From: Pirellulales bacterium
Lineage (GTDB): Bacteria > Planctomycetota > Planctomycetia > Pirellulales > PALSA-1355
Length of the DNA: 64,000 nt
Assembly: GCA_041750795.1 (NCBI GenBank)
Contig: JBGSYQ010000529.1
Coordinates: 612-64,611 of the forward strand
Direction: 5' to 3'
Shown: positions 53,865 to 62,572 of the stretch, piece after piece
Layout: each line of letters begins with the position of its first letter
Numbering within the stretch: the stretch's first letter is position 1
Program-made: the position numbers and the translations under genes
Notes under the pieces: generated by a model
The model's database searches: none
What the model saw: the letters and a program-made list of their open reading frames with translations, nothing else
Told to the model about the DNA's origin: nothing

Positions 53865-54377
53865 ATGTCCGAGCGCGTTTTGACTGACGAAATGGTGGCG
53901 GCCATCAAGGCCTACTTCCCGCGTTACCCAACGCGGCAGGCCGTGACGCTGCCTGCGCTGCACATCGTCAACGAGAAGCTCCGCCACGTGCCGTTGCAGG
54001 CGGTCGTAGAAATCGCCGAACTTTTAGAACTGGCGCCGGCTCAGGTGCAGGACACGCTCTCGTTTTACGGTCTGTTCAAGCAAGACGAGCCACACGGCGA
54101 GCACCGGGCCTGGGTTTGTCGCTCGATCAGTTGCGCCTTGCGGGGCGGCGAAGAAGTGTTGGACCACCTGTGCAAGTCGGCCGGAATCCGTCCGGGCGAG
54201 ACCACCGCCGACGCCAAGCTGACCATCGAATACGCCGAGTGCCTGGGAGTGTGTGAGTTTGCGCCCGCCATTCTCGACGGCACGCGCACGCTGAAGAACA
54301 TGACGATCGAGTCGGCCGATGCCTACCTGGCCGAGCTGGGCGTGAGAACGAAAACGAATGGTGAACCGACGGGTTGA
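53865..54377 (+). CDS. nuoE: NADH-quinone oxidoreductase subunit E
   Basis: 170 aa. The thioredoxin-like 2Fe-2S cysteines are CRSISCALRG ... CLGVCEFAP. Confidence 0.9.
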   Translation: MSERVLTDEMVAAIKAYFPRYPTRQAVTLPALHIVNEKLRHVPLQAVVEIAELLELAPAQVQDTLSFYGLFKQDEPHGEHRAWVCRSISCALRGGEEVLDHLCKSAGIRPGETTADAKLTIEYAECLGVCEFAPAILDGTRTLKNMTIESADAYLAELGVRTKTNGEPTG

Positions 54378-54409
54378 ACAGTGCGCGGCCCACGGCCGCC
54401 GGAGTCCGC

Positions 54410-55765
54410 ATGCCGAAATTCGAGCCCGTGCTTCTGGCCAACATTGGCAAGCAGGACAGCCATACGCTGAAAGTGTATGAAGCGTCCGGCGGCTACGGCA
54501 CGCTGCGCAAAGCGCTCAAGGACATGTCGCCCTCGGCCGTGGTCGACGTGGTCAAGAGCAGCAACCTGCGCGGCCGGGGTGGCGCGGGATTTCCGACCGG
54601 CTTGAAGTGGACGTTTCTGCCCAAGGATCATCCCGGCCCGATCTACATGTGCATCAATGCCGACGAGAGCGAGCCGGCCACGTTCAATAATCGCATCCTC
54701 ATGGAGGACGACCCGCACCAGGTCATCGAAGGCTCCATTCTCAGTTGCTTTGCCACGCGCGCCACCACGGCCTACATCTATTTGCGATATGAATACCCGG
54801 TGGCGCTCGAACGGCTGCAGCGTGCGATCGACGAATGCTACGCGGCCGGTTACTTGGGCAAGAACATCCTGGGCAGCGATTTCTCGCTCGATATCTACCT
54901 TCATCGCGGCGCGGCGGCGTACATCTGCGGCGAGGAAACTGGCCTGATCGAAAGCCTGGAGGGCAAGCGTGCCTGGCCGCGCATCAAGCCGCCGTTTCCC
55001 GCGGTGGAAGGCGTGTTTCGCAAGCCCACGGTGGTCAACAATATTGAGACGGTCTGCTGCGTGCGGCATATCGTCGATCGCGGCGCCGAGTGGTTCAAGA
55101 GCATGGGCACGCCCGCCAACCCGGACAACCCGCGCGATGCGGGCAGCTATGGGCCGAAGCTGTATTGCATCAGCGGCCACGTGAACAAGCCGGGCTGCTA
55201 CGAGGCGCCGCTGGGACTCACCTGCCGCGAGTTGATCGAAGAGTTCGGCGGCGGCGTGTGGAAAGGCCGTCGGGCCAAAGCCGCCGTGCCCGGCGGCATC
55301 AGCATGGGTGTGTTGAGCGCCGAAGAGCTCGATACCAGGCTCGATTTCGACGGGCCGGGCCGCGTCGACTGCCTCGGCTTGGGCACGGCCGCCGTTACGG
55401 TCATGGACGAGACGGTGTCGATGATCGACTTTCTGCACAATACGTGCCGCTTTTTTGCCCACGAAAGCTGCGGCCAGTGTACGCCCTGCCGCGAAGGCAC
55501 CCACTGGGCGCTGCAGATGATGGATCGTATGCGCGCGGGGCACGGGCGGCTGCGCGATCTGGACCTGCTCTTGGAAATCGGCGATACGATCGGCATCATG
55601 CCGGGCACGACCATTTGCGGCCTGGCCGACGGCGCCGCCTGGCCGATCAAGAATGCGATCCGCAAGTTTCGCGGCGAGTTCGAGGAATACATTAAGCGCA
55701 CCAACCCCACTGGCTACATGGTGACCGAGGCCGTGCCGGCGCTGCCGGTCGTGCAATTGCATTAG
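54410..55765 (+). CDS. nuoF: NADH-quinone oxidoreductase subunit F
   Basis: ATG 54410 has GGAG 5 nt upstream (the ORF opens at TTG 54374). It has the FMN site GRGGAGFPTGLKW, plus CGEETGLIESLEG and the N3 cluster ESCGQCTPCREG. Confidence 0.93.
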   Translation: MPKFEPVLLANIGKQDSHTLKVYEASGGYGTLRKALKDMSPSAVVDVVKSSNLRGRGGAGFPTGLKWTFLPKDHPGPIYMCINADESEPATFNNRILMEDDPHQVIEGSILSCFATRATTAYIYLRYEYPVALERLQRAIDECYAAGYLGKNILGSDFSLDIYLHRGAAAYICGEETGLIESLEGKRAWPRIKPPFPAVEGVFRKPTVVNNIETVCCVRHIVDRGAEWFKSMGTPANPDNPRDAGSYGPKLYCISGHVNKPGCYEAPLGLTCRELIEEFGGGVWKGRRAKAAVPGGISMGVLSAEELDTRLDFDGPGRVDCLGLGTAAVTVMDETVSMIDFLHNTCRFFAHESCGQCTPCREGTHWALQMMDRMRAGHGRLRDLDLLLEIGDTIGIMPGTTICGLADGAAWPIKNAIRKFRGEFEEYIKRTNPTGYMVTEAVPALPVVQLH

Positions 55766-55815
55766 TAGAAGTCCGAGCGCAAGAGAATCTGACCGCGGTT
55801 GAACGTGAGTTTGGC

Positions 55816-57447
55816 ATGCCGAAAGTAATCATCGACGGAATCGAAGTGGAGCTGGCCGCGGGCGAGCGCGTCAACGGCATTCAAGTTGCCCAGCGCGCCG
55901 GCGTTGACATTCCGCATTACTGTTGGCATCCGGGGCTGACCGTGGTGGCCAGTTGCCGCATGTGCCTGGTGGAAACCGGCACGCGCAACCCCGACACGGG
56001 CGAGGTCAAGATGCTGCCCAAGCTGGTGCCCGCCTGCCAGACGCCCGCCACGGACAACACCGTGTTCGTCACCAAGAGCGAAAAAGTAGACCAGGCGCGA
56101 TCGATCGTGGAAGAAGACTTGCTGATTCGCCACCCGATCGACTGCCCGATCTGCGACAAGGCGGGCGAGTGTACGTTGCAGGACTATCACTTTCAGTACG
56201 GCCAGGATCAGCGCCGCGCCGACGTGCGGCCCTTCACCAGTCGCAAGCGCGACATGGGCGACACCGTCACGCTGTTCGTCGATCGTTGCGTGATGTGTAC
56301 GCGGTGCGTCCGCTTCACGCGCGAAATCAGCGGCGACAGCGAGCTGTTCGTCATCAATCGCGGCGCACACGAAGAGATCGACGTGTTTCCCGGCTACCCG
56401 CTGGATAACAAAATGTCCGGCAACGTGGTCGACCTGTGCCCCGTGGGGGCGCTGGGCGATAAGGATTTCCTATATCAGCAGCGGGTGTGGTTCATGAAGA
56501 AGCACGCCGGCGTCTGCACCGGCTGTTCGACCGGTTGCTCGATCCTGGTGGAAGAGAACCAGGACACCGTCTACCGCCTCAAACCGCGTGAGAACGAGCA
56601 CGTCAACCAATGGTGGATGTGCGACGAGGGGCGCTACGGCTTTCATCACGTACACAGCGACCGGCGGCTGACGAACGTCGAGCGCCCCGATGGCGAGCGG
56701 ACCACCCTGTTGGAGTGGACGCAGGCCGTGCCCGAAATCGACGAACGCTTCCGCCAGGCCCAGCGCTTGGCGGCCGTGCTCTCGCCGCATCTGACTATCG
56801 AAGAAGCGTATCTGCTGGCAAAGTACGTCCGCTCGCTCGATCCGCAAGCCCTGGTGGTGCTGGGGCCTGTTCCGGTCGTGGGTGAGGACGAAACGTTCAA
56901 AAGCGGCTTTACGATCCGCGCCGAAAAATGCGCTAACCGGCGCGGCGTCGAAGAGATCGTGAAGCACTTTATGGAGCGCGTGGCCACGCTCGACGATCTG
57001 CTGATCGCGATCGACGCGGGCGAAGTCCGCGCGGCCTGGGTGAGCGGCGGCTACAAGCACGATTGGATCGACGACGCCACCGCCGAACGTCTGGCGGCCG
57101 TTGAATGCCTGGTCGTGCAGGATCTGTTTGCCTCGCCGCTGCTGAACCGGGCGACGTACCGGTTGCCGGGTGCGGCGTTCGCCGAGCGCTCCGGCTCGTA
57201 TGTGAATCAGGCCGATCGCTTGCAGAGCGTGCAGTGGGCCATTCGCCCGCCGGAGGGCGTGCGCGTGGAAGCCGGCGTCTATTGGCAGTTGCTGGGCGAG
57301 ACGGGATTGGTCAAAGTGCGTCACGTGCTGGACGAAGTGGCGCGCGAGATTGCCTTCTTCGCCGCGGCAGCCGAACCGGTGGGGCCCTTGGGCGTGGACC
57401 TGAAAGCCGGCGCGCCGGCCGAGCCGGCAGCGCTGGAGGTGAAGTGA
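55816..57447 (+). CDS. nuoG: NADH-quinone oxidoreductase subunit G (short form)
   Basis: 543 aa. The 2Fe-2S site is CWHPGLTVVASCRMC. 4Fe-4S sites are HPIDCPICDKAGECTLQD and CVMCTRCVRF. CTGCSTGCS starts a molybdopterin-oxidoreductase-like domain. Confidence 0.9.
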   Translation: MPKVIIDGIEVELAAGERVNGIQVAQRAGVDIPHYCWHPGLTVVASCRMCLVETGTRNPDTGEVKMLPKLVPACQTPATDNTVFVTKSEKVDQARSIVEEDLLIRHPIDCPICDKAGECTLQDYHFQYGQDQRRADVRPFTSRKRDMGDTVTLFVDRCVMCTRCVRFTREISGDSELFVINRGAHEEIDVFPGYPLDNKMSGNVVDLCPVGALGDKDFLYQQRVWFMKKHAGVCTGCSTGCSILVEENQDTVYRLKPRENEHVNQWWMCDEGRYGFHHVHSDRRLTNVERPDGERTTLLEWTQAVPEIDERFRQAQRLAAVLSPHLTIEEAYLLAKYVRSLDPQALVVLGPVPVVGEDETFKSGFTIRAEKCANRRGVEEIVKHFMERVATLDDLLIAIDAGEVRAAWVSGGYKHDWIDDATAERLAAVECLVVQDLFASPLLNRATYRLPGAAFAERSGSYVNQADRLQSVQWAIRPPEGVRVEAGVYWQLLGETGLVKVRHVLDEVAREIAFFAAAAEPVGPLGVDLKAGAPAEPAALEVK

Positions 57448-57450
57448 CGC

Positions 57451-58710
57451 ATGGGAATCGACTGGAACGCACTGATGCAGCCGCTGATCGTCCCGCTCAT
57501 CAAGATCGTGGTATTGATCTTTGGGCTGATGACTTCGGCGGCCTACCTGGTACTGCTTGAGCGGTGGATGGCGGCCTGGGTGCAGGACCGCAAGGGTCCG
57601 AACCGCGTCGGCATTCCGCTCACGAAGTTGCACATGCTGGGCCTGGGACAGCCGCTGGCCGACGGGTTGAAGTTCATTTTCAAGGAAGAGTACACGCCGT
57701 CGCACGTCGACAAGGCGCTGTACATTCTGGCGCCGGTCTCGATTCTGGCCGCGGCGATTGCCGTGTTCGCGGTGGTACCGTTCGGATACCTGTTGCCGCT
57801 GGAAGTCGGCGGGCAGCCGATCGAGTTGGTCGTTGCGCCCGGCATCGACGTGGGGATGATCTACGTCTTCGCCCTGTCGAGCATCGCCGTGTATGGCGTG
57901 ATCCTGGGCGGCTGGGCCAGCAACAATAAGTACAGTTTCCTGGGCGGTCTGCGTTCCAGCGCGCAGTTGATCGCCTACGAGATTCCGCTGGGTCTGGGCA
58001 TCCTGGGCGTGGTGCTGGGTGCCGGCTCGCTGCGGTTGGACCGCATCATCCTGGCGCAGGCCGAGACGGGCGTGTGGAACGTGTTCGTGCAGCCGCTGGG
58101 ATTCAGCGTGTTCGTCATTGCCGCGTTTGCCGAGGCGGCGCGCCTGCCGTTCGACTTGCCGGAGTGCGAGCAGGAGCTGGTCGGCGGCTATCACACCGAG
58201 TACGCCGGCATGAAGCTGTTGTTGTTTTTGATCGCCGAATTCCTGCACATGATCGTAGGCGCGTTTTTGATCGTGATTCTGTTTCTGGGCGGTTGGCATT
58301 TCTGGGGCATGGAGACGCCGGCCGATGGCGCGGTGACTTGGCTTGGGGCGCTAACGCGCGTGGTGGTGCTGGGCGCCAAGGTGCTGGGCGTGATTTTGTT
58401 TTTCATGCTGGTGCGTTGGAGTTGGCCGCGGTTTCGTTTCGATCAGTTAATGAGCCTGGCCTGGAAAGTGATGCTGCCGCTGGGGCTGGTCAATGTGCTG
58501 GTCGTGGCGTGCGTGCTGGAATATGCCGCCGTGCGGCAGCAAGACGGATCGTCCACAAGCGCCTGGTTGATCGTGGCCGTGGGTTGGGGCGTGGCGGTGA
58601 CTGGTTGGATCGTGGCGGCCCTGTTGACGCCGTTGCATACCGACAATCGCCCGCGGATGGAATCGCTGCAACCGCCGGAGTTCGATCCCGAACCGATGGC
58701 CCTGCGATAG
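57451..58710 (+). CDS. nuoH: NADH-quinone oxidoreductase subunit H
   Basis: 419 aa, polytopic. It has VQDRKGPNRVG and GGYHTEYAGMKLLLFLIAEF. Confidence 0.92.
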   Translation: MGIDWNALMQPLIVPLIKIVVLIFGLMTSAAYLVLLERWMAAWVQDRKGPNRVGIPLTKLHMLGLGQPLADGLKFIFKEEYTPSHVDKALYILAPVSILAAAIAVFAVVPFGYLLPLEVGGQPIELVVAPGIDVGMIYVFALSSIAVYGVILGGWASNNKYSFLGGLRSSAQLIAYEIPLGLGILGVVLGAGSLRLDRIILAQAETGVWNVFVQPLGFSVFVIAAFAEAARLPFDLPECEQELVGGYHTEYAGMKLLLFLIAEFLHMIVGAFLIVILFLGGWHFWGMETPADGAVTWLGALTRVVVLGAKVLGVILFFMLVRWSWPRFRFDQLMSLAWKVMLPLGLVNVLVVACVLEYAAVRQQDGSSTSAWLIVAVGWGVAVTGWIVAALLTPLHTDNRPRMESLQPPEFDPEPMALR

Positions 58711-58730
58711 GACACTGCGAACAAAGAACC

Positions 58731-59264
58731 ATGAAAAGCGACGACGCCGACGTTCATTGGGTGAAAGAGCCGAAGCTCGGGCTGGCCGGCAAGATGTACT
58801 TGCCGCTGTTCGTGCAAGGACTGACGACCACCACCAGGCACTTGTTTGGTCCGAAGGTGACGGTCAGCTATCCGGAAGTGCGCCCGCGGATCGACAACCC
58901 GTTGATCTATCGGGGCGTACACCGGCTGAACAAGGACGAGCAGGGGCGCGTCAAGTGCGTGGCGTGCTTCCTTTGCGCCACGGCCTGCCCGGCGCATTGC
59001 ATCGACATCGTGGGCATTGAGAGTCCCTGGCCCGATCGCGAGAAGTATCCACAGAGCTTCACGATCGACGAGTTGCGGTGCATCTTCTGCGGCATGTGCG
59101 AGGAAGCGTGCCCAGTGGATGCCATCGAGCTGACCAGTCTGTTCGACCTGACCGGGCGGAGCCGCGAGGAAATGATCTTCGACAAGGAGAAGCTGCTGAG
59201 CGTGTACGACCAGACCAAGGACGCCGAGCCGATGAAGTCGGCGGCCCTGGGAGGCACGCTATGA
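58731..59264 (+). CDS. nuoI: NADH-quinone oxidoreductase subunit I
   Basis: ATG 58731. Two 4Fe-4S ferredoxin motifs are present: CVACFLCATACP and CIFCGMCEEACP. Confidence 0.92.
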   Translation: MKSDDADVHWVKEPKLGLAGKMYLPLFVQGLTTTTRHLFGPKVTVSYPEVRPRIDNPLIYRGVHRLNKDEQGRVKCVACFLCATACPAHCIDIVGIESPWPDREKYPQSFTIDELRCIFCGMCEEACPVDAIELTSLFDLTGRSREEMIFDKEKLLSVYDQTKDAEPMKSAALGGTL

Positions 59265-59989
59265 ACGAGCTGGTTTCGGTTATCGGCCTGGGAACCGTCT
59301 TGCTGGCGGCCGGCTTGGGGCTGGTGTTGCCGCGCGGCGCGGCGTCGGGCAAAGCGCTGGGCGCGGTGCTGGTGGCAATTGGATTGGGTCTGTTCGCGTC
59401 GCGAATCCCCGGGCTGGGACGCTGGGGTGAGGACTTCGTGTTCTATTTGCTCGCCGGCGTCACCGTGTTGGCCGCGTTGGCCACCATCTCATTTCGCAGG
59501 CCGGTCTACTCGGCCATCTGGTTTGGATTGTCGCTCGTTGGCACCGCGGGCCTGCTGTTGTTCCAGGGCGCGCAGTTTCTGGGTGTAGCCACGATCGTGG
59601 TCTATGCGGGCGCCATCCTGGTGACGTTCCTGTTCGTGCTGATGCTGGCGCAGCCCGAGGGGCAAGCGCCGTACGATCAATTCAGTTGGGGGCCGCGTCT
59701 GGCCGGACTGACCGGCGCGTTGATGGTGGGCGTGCTCACGCTGGCGGTGCTCGGAGTGCTCGAAAATCCGGACGTGGCCAAGCGTCCGACGGCGCCGTTC
59801 GCCACCGACGAGTTGCAGTCGGACATTCTGGCCGACGAGCACATGGCGCATTTGGGGGGCCAACTTTTCAGCAAGCACCTGGTGGCTGTGGAAGTGGCCG
59901 GCACGCTGCTGTTGGTGGCGCTGGTGGGCACGGTGGCCATCGTGGCGCAGATTCGCCGGCCCGAGCACGGAGGGACGACGCATGGATGA
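59261..59989 (+). CDS. nuoJ: NADH-quinone oxidoreductase subunit J
   Basis: ATG 59261 overlaps the nuoI stop (ATGA). It is hydrophobic and has VVYAGAILVTFLFVLML. Confidence 0.88.
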   Translation: MNELVSVIGLGTVLLAAGLGLVLPRGAASGKALGAVLVAIGLGLFASRIPGLGRWGEDFVFYLLAGVTVLAALATISFRRPVYSAIWFGLSLVGTAGLLLFQGAQFLGVATIVVYAGAILVTFLFVLMLAQPEGQAPYDQFSWGPRLAGLTGALMVGVLTLAVLGVLENPDVAKRPTAPFATDELQSDILADEHMAHLGGQLFSKHLVAVEVAGTLLLVALVGTVAIVAQIRRPEHGGTTHG

Positions 59990-60428
59990 GCAGGCCCTGT
60001 TGACGAACTACCTGATCGTCGGCGCATTGTTGTTCGGCATTGGGCTGGTCGGCTTCTTCAGCCGCCGCAACATGATCGTGATGTTCTTGTGCGCCGAAAT
60101 GATGCTGCAAGGCGTGAGCGTGAGCCTGGTGGCCTGGGGCCGCTATCACAACGATTGGGGCGGGCAGATACTGGTGATCTTCATTCTGACGGTGGCGGCT
60201 TGCGAGGCGGCCATTGCCTTGGCCGTCGTGCTGACGTTGTTCCATCAGAGCGGCAAACTCGATATCGCGGTCTGGCAGCAACTGCGCGAAGACAATCAGG
60301 CCGCGTTCGTCGATCGCGATCCAAGCGCGCTAACGCCGAAGCCCGAGGCGCAGTGGCCCAAGCTGGTCCCGGCCGGCATCGAGCCGGAACTCGACCTGCA
60401 AGAAGTAACCCACCGATCGCACCTATAG
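59982..60428 (+). CDS. nuoK: NADH-quinone oxidoreductase subunit K with C-terminal extension
   Basis: ATG 59982 overlaps the nuoJ end by 8 nt. The first ~104 aa align with the NuoK pattern (RRNMIVMFLCAEMMLQG ... AACEAAIALAVVL). About 44 further hydrophilic residues follow. Confidence 0.88.
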   Translation: MDEQALLTNYLIVGALLFGIGLVGFFSRRNMIVMFLCAEMMLQGVSVSLVAWGRYHNDWGGQILVIFILTVAACEAAIALAVVLTLFHQSGKLDIAVWQQLREDNQAAFVDRDPSALTPKPEAQWPKLVPAGIEPELDLQEVTHRSHL

Positions 60429-60489
60429 CACCGAAAGCAGCCGTCGCCTTGCACACGGGCGGCGCCAAGACACTCGCCGAGCCGACACG

Positions 60490-62550
60490 ATGTTTGAGAT
60501 TCCCATCCTGATGGTCTTGATTCCGGCCTTTCCCTTGGCCGGCACGATCGTGACCGCGGTCTTCGGCAAATGGCTGAAGCACGAAGCGCATTGGCCGGTG
60601 GTCGTGTCGATCGTCTGCTCGTGCGCGTTGAGCCTGGCGTTGCTCTCGCAGGTAATTCACGAGGCGGAGGCCAATCCGCTGGCGGTGGGCTGGGAATCGA
60701 CGTTCGAGTTGTGGAACTGGACCAGCGTGCCCGAGGCGATTGCGCGGCCCGAGTTTGCCGCACCGGCCGATGGCGCCGCGGCGTTGCCCGAGCGTTTGCC
60801 GTTTGTTGTCAACGTGACCATGCGCAGCGACCCGCTGACGTCGATCATGTTGGCGGTGGTGACGTTCGTGGCGTCGCTGGTGGCGATCTATGCCGTGGGT
60901 TACATGCACGGCGACCCGGGCTATTGGCGATTCTTCACGTACATCGGGCTGTTCGTGTTCTCGATGACGATGCTCGTTTCGGTGAGCAACTTCGTGCTGT
61001 TGTACGTGTTTTGGGAAGCGGTCGGCTTGTGCAGCTACTTGCTGGTCGGATTCTGGTATGAGAAGCCCGCGGCCATTGCCGCCGGCAAGAAGGCATTCCT
61101 GGTCAATCGCGTGGGCGACTTCGGATTTGCTTTGGGATTGTTCCTGATTTGGACCACCTACGGCACGCTCAATTATCACGACGCCGACGGCATCGCCGGC
61201 GTGCTCGGACAAACGCGGCTGGCGGCCAGCGGTGGATACGCGGCCGGCGGAGTGGCCACGGTCATTTGCTTGCTGCTGATGTTGGGTGCGTGCGGCAAGA
61301 GCGCGCAGTTTCCGCTGCACGTGTGGTTGCCCGACGCGATGGAAGGTCCCACGCCCGTCAGCGCGTTGATCCACGCGGCGACGATGGTGACCGCGGGGGT
61401 GTACATGGTGACGCGCTGCACGCCGTTGTTCGTGGCATCGGCCGACGCGCAGCAGGTGGTGGCTATCGTCGGCGCCACGACGTGCGCGCTGGGAGGCGTC
61501 ATCGCCCTGACGCAGACCGACCTGAAGCGCGTGTTGGCGTATTCAACCATCAGCCAGTTGGGTTACATGTTCCTGGCGTTGGGCTGCGGCACACTGGTTG
61601 CCATCACTGCCGGCATGTTCCACCTGCTGACGCACGCGTTTTTCAAGGCGCTGTTGTTTCTGGCCGCCGGCAGCGTGATGCACGCCATGGGCGGCATCAT
61701 CGACATGCGGCGATTTAGCGGCCTGCGCAAATTGATGCCCTATACGCACTGGACGTTTCTCTTCGGCGGGCTGGCCTTGGGAGGCGTGATCCCGTTTGCC
61801 GGCTTTTGGAGCAAGGACGCCATCCTGGGCGCCGTTCACCAGCGGGGGCACGACTCGGCGCTGTACCTTGCCTTGTACTGGGTGGGCATGATCACGGCCT
61901 TTCTGACCGCGATCTATACGTTTCGCGCATTCTTTCTCACGTTCTATGGTCCGCTGCGCGTGCCGCACGAGTCGGGGCATCATGCCCACGAGTCGCCGCG
62001 CACGATGACGGTGCCGCTGATGATCCTGGCCGCGTTCGCATTCGGCGCGGGCATGTGGCTGCAAGGCCCGGGGGATTTGGCCGGACTGCTGGGGCACACT
62101 CCGTCGCTGGCCTACCAGGCGGTGCCGCGAGCGGCCGACCATGGCGGTTCGCACTTGCTGGTGATGACCATCAGCACGATCTTCGCGCTGTCGGGCGTGG
62201 GGATCGCGGCTTACTTGTATTTGGGCGACGATGCTTTGGCGACCCGTTTGGCAAGATTACTCGCGCCCCTGTATTGGCTCTCGTACGGCAAATTCTTCTT
62301 CGATCCGATTTACAACGCGCTGTTCGTCTGGCCGCTGCTGGTGTTGGCCAAGGCCAGCGACTTGATCGACACGTACCTGATCGACGGACTGGTGAACCTG
62401 GTGGGCAGCGTGCCGCCCTGGGTCGGCGCGCGGCTGCGATCGCTGCAGACCGGCATGGTGCAATTCTATGCGCTGGCCATGGTGTGGGGCGTGGTGGTGC
62501 TGATCGTCACCTTGCTGATCTGGCCGGCCATCGCGGCGGGTTCGAAATAA
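60490..62550 (+). CDS. nuoL: NADH-quinone oxidoreductase subunit L
   Basis: 686 aa. It has WEAVGLCSYLLVGFWYEKP and SAQFPLHVWLPDAMEGPTPVSALIHAATMVTAGVY. Confidence 0.93.
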   Translation: MFEIPILMVLIPAFPLAGTIVTAVFGKWLKHEAHWPVVVSIVCSCALSLALLSQVIHEAEANPLAVGWESTFELWNWTSVPEAIARPEFAAPADGAAALPERLPFVVNVTMRSDPLTSIMLAVVTFVASLVAIYAVGYMHGDPGYWRFFTYIGLFVFSMTMLVSVSNFVLLYVFWEAVGLCSYLLVGFWYEKPAAIAAGKKAFLVNRVGDFGFALGLFLIWTTYGTLNYHDADGIAGVLGQTRLAASGGYAAGGVATVICLLLMLGACGKSAQFPLHVWLPDAMEGPTPVSALIHAATMVTAGVYMVTRCTPLFVASADAQQVVAIVGATTCALGGVIALTQTDLKRVLAYSTISQLGYMFLALGCGTLVAITAGMFHLLTHAFFKALLFLAAGSVMHAMGGIIDMRRFSGLRKLMPYTHWTFLFGGLALGGVIPFAGFWSKDAILGAVHQRGHDSALYLALYWVGMITAFLTAIYTFRAFFLTFYGPLRVPHESGHHAHESPRTMTVPLMILAAFAFGAGMWLQGPGDLAGLLGHTPSLAYQAVPRAADHGGSHLLVMTISTIFALSGVGIAAYLYLGDDALATRLARLLAPLYWLSYGKFFFDPIYNALFVWPLLVLAKASDLIDTYLIDGLVNLVGSVPPWVGARLRSLQTGMVQFYALAMVWGVVVLIVTLLIWPAIAAGSK

Positions 62551-62572
62551 GCGCGGAAAGAGGCGTGTCTCG

